10,356 bases of DNA, from UHGV virus genome UHGV-0145483. The stretch is one strand, 5' to 3'. Shown in pieces: positions 6,654 through 10,356 of the stretch (its first letter is position 1; each line of letters opens with the position of its first letter). The position numbers were made by a program, and so were the translations under genes. This DNA is from a virus. The notes under the pieces were generated by a model, which was not told the origin of the DNA, did no database searches, and saw only the letters and a list, made by a program, of their open reading frames with translations.

Positions 6654-6869
6654 ATGTATCAGATGGAAAAAATATCAACGGGCATAGCCTATGGTACTTC
6701 TGCGGGCAGTGCGGGTTACTGGTTTCTACAGTGGTTGGATCAGGTTACTCCGTCACAGTGGGCTGCTATCGGGGTTTTGGGGAGCCTGTGTCTGGGGTTC
6801 CTGACATACCTGACGAATCTGTATTTCAAGATTAAAGAAGACCGGCGCAAACCTGCGCGGGGAGAGTAA
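6654..6869 (+). CDS. S: Class II holin, phage 21 S (pinholin) family, dual-start
   Basis: 71 aa [31 protein letters not shown]...[17 protein letters not shown] closely matches the S21 pinholin as recalled; two in-frame starts at Met1 (6654) and Met4 (6663); two TM segments; stop 5 nt before the endolysin start. Confidence 0.85.
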   Translation: MYQMEKISTGIAYGTSAGSAGYWFLQWLDQVTPSQWAAIGVLGSLCLGFLTYLTNLYFKIKEDRRKPARGE

Positions 6870-6873
6870 GCTG

Positions 6874-7407
6874 ATGAGCAGGAAACTCCACTATGGTTTA
6901 TCGGTAGCCGTTCTGGCGCTGATTGCCACAGGTGCTTCTGCGCCTGAAATCCTCGACCAGTTTCTTGACGAAAAAGAAGGTAACCACACCACGGCATACC
7001 GTGATGGTGCGGGGATCTGGACCATCTGCCGTGGTGCCATCATGGTGGATGGCAAACCTGTCGTTCCGGGCATGAAGTTGTCGAAGGAAAAATGCGACCA
7101 GGTTAACGCCATTGAGCGTGATAAAGCGCTGGCGTGGGTGGAGAAAAACATCAGAGTGCTGCTGACCGAACCCCAGAAAGCGGGGATCGCGTCATTCTGT
7201 CCGTACAACATTGGTCCCGGTAAGTGTTTCCCGTCGACGTTTTATAAACGAATTAATGCAGGCGATCGCAGGGGGGCGTGTGAGGCGATTCGCTGGTGGA
7301 TTAAGGACGGTGGCAGAGACTGCCGTATTCGCTCAAACAACTGTTACGGTCAGGTATCCCGTCGCGACCAGGAGAGTGCGCTGGCGTGCTGGGGAATTGA
7401 CAGATAA
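6874..7407 (+). CDS. R: SAR endolysin (phage lysozyme / muramidase, GH24, R21-like)
   Basis: 177 aa; SD ggagag; N-terminal weakly hydrophobic Gly/Ala-rich signal-arrest-release segment LSVAVLALIATGASAPEIL; T4-lysozyme-like catalytic E...D...T spacing in EGNHTTAYRDGAGIWT; directly follows the pinholin. Confidence 0.85.
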   Translation: MSRKLHYGLSVAVLALIATGASAPEILDQFLDEKEGNHTTAYRDGAGIWTICRGAIMVDGKPVVPGMKLSKEKCDQVNAIERDKALAWVEKNIRVLLTEPQKAGIASFCPYNIGPGKCFPSTFYKRINAGDRRGACEAIRWWIKDGGRDCRIRSNNCYGQVSRRDQESALACWGIDR

Positions 7408-7501
7408 GCAGAATATTTTGCTGAAAAATGCGGTTTGCTCACACGGACGGATAACACGAAATCCTGCGAACTGACAAAAACTAAGTGAATAAAAGTAAAA
7501 A

Positions 7502-7530
7502 CCCCGTTTGTTGGCTGCAAGCGGGGTTTT
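7502..7530 (+). terminator. Intrinsic terminator after the S-R pair
   Basis: 9-bp stem CCCCGTTTG/CAAGCGGGG (one G-U pair), 7-nt loop, then TTTT; flanked by an A-run upstream, so possibly bidirectional. Confidence 0.55.
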
Positions 7531-7563
7531 GTGTTTCTGACCTTGGATAAGGCAAGGGAGAAC

Positions 7564-7746
7564 ATGGAAAAGTATAAACGAATTCTGTTGAGGTTGACTA
7601 TGAAAAACGGCCTTGAACTGAAAGCGCCTGTAACTGATGACATCAGCAGAGCACTGGCTTTTGCCATTAAGTGGGTGGCGGTCGGTGTTGCTGTGTCCCC
7701 GATGCTGTATGGGCTGGCAAAACTGGTCATTGCGTTGAAATCGTGA
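7564..7746 (+). CDS. Hypothetical small tail-anchored membrane protein (60 aa)
   Basis: ATG 7564 with SD aagggag (alternative ATG 7600 after gagg); basic soluble N-terminus, single C-terminal [28 protein letters not shown]. No family recognised. Confidence 0.45.
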   Translation: MEKYKRILLRLTMKNGLELKAPVTDDISRALAFAIKWVAVGVAVSPMLYGLAKLVIALKS

Positions 7747-7760
7747 AGGGAGGATTAAGC

Positions 7761-7892
7761 ATGTCAGACAAACTCATAACGCTGGCGAAGATCCTCTGTG
7801 TAATTGTCGGCATTTCATTTTCACTAATGCTGGTTGCTCTTTTTCTTTCCATGGCCTGGATGATGTTGTCTTCGTCGGGGCTGCTGGGGTGA
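7761..7892 (+). CDS. Hypothetical small hydrophobic peptide (43 aa), single TM
   Basis: Strong SD aagggagga 5 nt before ATG 7761; sequence [43 protein letters not shown] is almost entirely hydrophobic; its TGA stop overlaps the GTG start of Rz (GTGA). Confidence 0.45.
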   Translation: MSDKLITLAKILCVIVGISFSLMLVALFLSMAWMMLSSSGLLG

Positions 7893-8389
7893 ACATAAAC
7901 CGAATGCTTTCCGCGTTTATCGTTATTCTGCTGGTGGCCTGTGGAGCGCTGTGGATGGCAACAGACCATTACCGTGATAACGCGATTACCTACAAAGCGC
8001 AGCGCGATAACAAAGCCAGTGAACTGAAGCTGGCGAACGCAACCATTACTGATATGCAGGTGCGCCAGCGCGATGTTGCTGCGCTCGATGCAAAATACTC
8101 GAGGGAATTAGCCGATGCGAGAGCTGAAAATGAAACTCTTCGCGCTGACGTTGCCGCTGGTCGTAAGCGCCTGCGTATCAACGCCACCTGTCCAGGTCCC
8201 GTGCGTGAAGCCACCGGCACCGCCCGCGTGGATAATGCAACCGGCCCCAGACTGGCAGACGCCGCTGAACGGGATTATTTCATCCTCAGAGAACGGTTGA
8301 TGACAATGCAGAAGCAGCTGGAAGGGGCGCAGGAATATATCCGCACTCAGTGCACTAAGCTGGCTTTTTATTATCCGGAGAATGCATGA
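7889..8389 (+). CDS. Rz: Rz inner-membrane spanin (i-spanin)
   Basis: 166 aa from GTG 7889 (alternative ATG 7904); N-terminal TM then [44 protein letters not shown], near-identical to lambda Rz as recalled. Confidence 0.85.
   Translation: MNINRMLSAFIVILLVACGALWMATDHYRDNAITYKAQRDNKASELKLANATITDMQVRQRDVAALDAKYSRELADARAENETLRADVAAGRKRLRINATCPGPVREATGTARVDNATGPRLADAAERDYFILRERLMTMQKQLEGAQEYIRTQCTKLAFYYPENA
8115..8300 (+). CDS. Rz1: Rz1 outer-membrane lipoprotein spanin (o-spanin), embedded in Rz in the +1 frame
   Basis: 61 aa; SD gaggga; signal peptide with lipobox LVVSAC; Pro-rich mature part [27 protein letters not shown] matches lambda Rz1. Confidence 0.8.
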   Translation: MRELKMKLFALTLPLVVSACVSTPPVQVPCVKPPAPPAWIMQPAPDWQTPLNGIISSSENG

Positions 8390-8610
8390 AGAAATTACTG
8401 GTAACCGTAAAGCCTTTTCAGGGAACAATTCTGTTCCGTATTTTGCAGCGTGGTCGTGTTCTTGTTGAAGGTTCGTTCAGTGGTAAATGTACGCAATTAC
8501 ATTCCCGGACCTTTCAGGTGAATGCCACGAATGAAGAGCTAACCGTTGAGTGTACGATGAATGCCGCTAAATGCCGCATGGTATCCGCTGCATTACAGCC
8601 AGTGTGTTGA
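8386..8610 (+). CDS. Hypothetical small protein (74 aa, four Cys), translationally coupled to Rz
   Basis: ATG 8386 overlaps the Rz stop (ATGA); no TM segment; no family recognised. Confidence 0.45.
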   Translation: MKKLLVTVKPFQGTILFRILQRGRVLVEGSFSGKCTQLHSRTFQVNATNEELTVECTMNAAKCRMVSAALQPVC

Positions 8611-8808
8611 GCGACCTTATTATCCATGCGCGGTATTGTCGCCGTATTCCTGCATTAACAGAGACCGCAGCCCGACCGGGAGACTCCTCTGCGCGAGTGT
8701 GCGGGGATAATCAAAAACGATACACACCGGGGTTTACCGCGTTAACGGAGCGCGGCGTTGTCCCCTCATAGTCGCCTGTCCGGTGCGATGGTGGAAGAAA
8801 CCGAACGT

Positions 8809-9009
8809 TCATTTCTCGTTATTTTTCATGCTGGCCGGGCGCAGATGCGTTGCATCTGTTGCCAGCCTTCTCCTGCAGGCTTCAATAACCCACGCTGAAA
8901 AGTTACCGGACCCTTTATGCTCAAGGGCGATGTTGATTTGTTCAATTATGTGATTGGGGAAACGGATATTGCGGGTTGTGGTTCTGCGGGTCCGGTTTTT
9001 CGATGACAT
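8809..9009 (-). CDS. YlcI/YnfO-like small protein (DUF3950-type), possible ribbon-helix-helix DNA binder
   Basis: Minus-strand ATG at 9007-9009 with SD aagga 7 nt upstream; 66 aa MSSKNRTRRTTTRNIRFPNHIIEQINIALEHKGSGNFSAWVIEACRRRL has a basic N-tail, a beta-strand and two helices typical of RHH-like proteins. A small minus-strand gene of this family sits between Rz and the terminase in DLP12-type prophages (from memory). Confidence 0.5.
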   Translation of the reverse strand: MSSKNRTRRTTTRNIRFPNHIIEQINIALEHKGSGNFSAWVIEACRRRLATDATHLRPASMKNNEK

Positions 9010-9050
9010 ATTTATTTCCTTTACTGATTGCCATATGACGGGGATTTTAC

Positions 9051-9416
9051 ATGGCTCAGCTTCGTACACTCCAGAGCAGAATCAAAACACTGAATACCCG
9101 ACGGGTGAATATTCTGAAGGGGGAGCAGCGTCGTGTCAGTGGCAGTGCACGTGTTTCCCTCAAGCGTCATATCTGGCTGAGGGACGCCGGGCAGTGCTGT
9201 ATCTGTGGTCGTGTGGTTGACCTCTGTGACAGTGAACTCGATCACCGAATTGCACTTCAGTTCGGTGGTGGTAATGAGGAGACGAATCTCTGGACGCTCT
9301 GTACCGAATGCCATCGACAAAAGTCTGCTCGTGAAGCGGCGGGTGGTATGCCGGACCCGACGCTGCCGGAGGTGTCCGGAGGTAGTGGCAGAGCGGACGA
9401 CATCATCGGACTGTAA
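9051..9416 (+). CDS. HNH endonuclease (phage packaging-associated)
   Basis: 121 aa; motifs CCICGR...DLCDSELDHRIALQFGG...NLWTLCTECHRQK give two Cys pairs plus HN...H; sits directly upstream of the terminase genes as in HK97-like packaging modules. Confidence 0.8.
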   Translation: MAQLRTLQSRIKTLNTRRVNILKGEQRRVSGSARVSLKRHIWLRDAGQCCICGRVVDLCDSELDHRIALQFGGGNEETNLWTLCTECHRQKSAREAAGGMPDPTLPEVSGGSGRADDIIGL

Positions 9417-9424
9417 CCCGACCC

Positions 9425-9433
9425 GGGGGGGGG
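9425..9433. repeat. G9 homopolymer tract
   Basis: Nine consecutive G at 9425-9433, 9 nt after the HNH stop. Confidence 0.9.
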
Positions 9434-9504
9434 ATCATCCGGCGTAAAAAACGATCGCTTTGGACACCGCGCCCCCTCTCACGCAGAGAAAAAATTCCCG
9501 TTTC

Positions 9505-9640
9505 AGGGCAGTTAACATGTTAACTGGCTGCCCGGGCATTTTTGCGGTTTTTATCTTTATTATTCAGTTTGTTGTGCGGAAAAAATGTTAACTGGCTTTT
9601 TCAGCAAATGTTAACCAGGCAGCAGTTAACATTTGCGGCA
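9505..9640. repeat. Cluster of GTTAAC-centred palindromes, putative cos / terminase recognition region
   Basis: Perfect 18-bp palindrome CAGTTAACATGTTAACTG (9509-9526); ATGTTAACTGGC again at 9585-9596; perfect 11-bp inverted repeat CAAATGTTAAC / GTTAACATTTG (9605-9615 and 9625-9635) with a 9-nt spacer; TTTGCGG recurs at 9541-9547 and 9633-9639. Confidence 0.5.
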
Positions 9641-9706
9641 TGAGACGCCGGGAAAAATGGGCTGAACCATACCCGGCTGAGTGCGTTCTGGACCCGGGAG
9701 GAGGCT

Positions 9707-10270
9707 GTGCTGACAACACAAAAACGAAAATTTGCGCTGGCGCTCATGTCCGGGAAAAACAAAACAGCGTCAGCCATTGCCGCCGGTTATTCGGCGAAGA
9801 CCGCCAGGGTTAAAGGCTCACAGCTGGCAAAAGATCCGGAGGTGCTCGCGTTTATAGCCCGTAAACAGTGCGAAACGGTGGAGGTGGATGAGGTTCCTGT
9901 TTACCGGCAGAAAAAATCAGAGCAGGAGGATAAACCCCGTCGCCGTGAGGCGGCTGCAATACCACAGCCGGACGAAAACAATCCGGAGATGCCACCGTCC
10001 GCGGTGATGTCTCCTGGTATTGAATATATGGAGGATGGTCTTCCCGATCCGGTGAAAGCCATGGGGCGGATCCTGGTGGAAAACCTCTGCATTGATCCGA
10101 AACTGGCACTGGATGCGGCCTGGCGTCTGGCGCAGTTCACGCACCATAAAAAAGGGGATACCGGGAAAAAATCGGCAAAAGGTGATGCCGCGAAAAAAGC
10201 GGCTAACCGTTTTGCGGTGCCACCGCCACCCCGACTGGTGGTGAATAACGATAATGAGGGCAACGGATGA
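9707..10270 (+). CDS. Terminase small subunit
   Basis: 187 aa from GTG 9707 (SD gggaggagg; alternative ATG 9746); N-terminal KRKFALALMSGKNKTASAIAAGYSAKTARVKGSQLAKDPEV is the HTH signature of small terminase subunits; stop overlaps the next start (ATGA). Confidence 0.7.
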   Translation: MLTTQKRKFALALMSGKNKTASAIAAGYSAKTARVKGSQLAKDPEVLAFIARKQCETVEVDEVPVYRQKKSEQEDKPRRREAAAIPQPDENNPEMPPSAVMSPGIEYMEDGLPDPVKAMGRILVENLCIDPKLALDAAWRLAQFTHHKKGDTGKKSAKGDAAKKAANRFAVPPPPRLVVNNDNEGNG

Positions 10271-10356
10271 TACCTGTATGGAGCACAGCCTGCCCGGACT
10301 GGGCAGAGCGCCTGAAAAAGGGGCTGTCGATTATTCCGGATCCGATTTATCCGGAC
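10267..10356 (+). CDS. Likely terminase large subunit, N-terminal 30 codons (truncated by window end)
   Basis: ATG 10267 overlaps the small-subunit stop; frame open to the window end (MIPVWSTACPDWAERLKKGLSIIPDPIYPD). Assignment is by position only. Confidence 0.45.
   Translation, partial: MIPVWSTACPDWAERLKKGLSIIPDPIYPD

Noticed and set aside
7211-7474. 87-aa + strand ORF
   Set aside because: Alternative frame almost entirely inside the endolysin gene; Arg-rich, no SD.
8571-8771. 66-aa + strand ORF after the small Cys-containing gene
   Set aside because: Overlaps the end of the upstream ORF, has no SD and lies in the convergent intergenic region before the minus-strand gene.
9021-9447. Minus-strand 99-aa ORF and + strand 80-aa ORF overlapping the HNH gene
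   Set aside because: Both are alternative frames of the HNH endonuclease, which has clear Cys/His motifs.
9505-9640. CRISPR array as an explanation for the GTTAAC repeats
   Set aside because: The repeats are short, self-palindromic, irregularly spaced and in both orientations, with no regular repeat-spacer periodicity and no cas genes nearby.
9852-10263. Three minus-strand ORFs antisense to the terminase small subunit
   Set aside because: Shadow frames inside a gene with a recognisable small-terminase N-terminus; Gly/Arg/Pro-rich composition.

Overview
This window reads as the late-regulatory, lysis and head-packaging junction of a lambdoid prophage with the gene order of Shiga-toxin (Stx) converting phages, all on the + strand except one small gene. 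Order: nin-region Zn-ribbon protein (5' end ambiguous), RusA resolvase, Q-family antiterminator, a short PR-prime/tR-prime-like leader with intrinsic terminator, a small winged-helix-like protein, a beta-class DNA amino-methyltransferase, three tRNAs (CAU, UCG, UCU anticodons), a 566-bp ORF-free gap where stxAB sits in toxin-converting relatives, a NanS-p-type SGNH esterase, two small ORFs (one membrane, one very acidic), S21-type pinholin, SAR endolysin, two small membrane-protein ORFs, Rz with embedded Rz1, a small Cys-containing ORF, a minus-strand YlcI/YnfO-like small protein, HNH endonuclease, a repeat-rich non-coding region (putative cos/terminase recognition), terminase small subunit and the first 30 codons of the likely large subunit. 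No stx genes, CRISPR array, rRNA or transposase are visible. The late region is punctuated by at least six intrinsic terminators, consistent with Q-dependent read-through. The best candidates for undescribed biology are the two small membrane-protein genes between R and Rz, the promoter/terminator-bracketed acidic protein upstream of the holin, and the structured toxin-free gap with convergent terminators and a possible antisense promoter. All protein calls rest on recalled family motifs and synteny; no database search was run.
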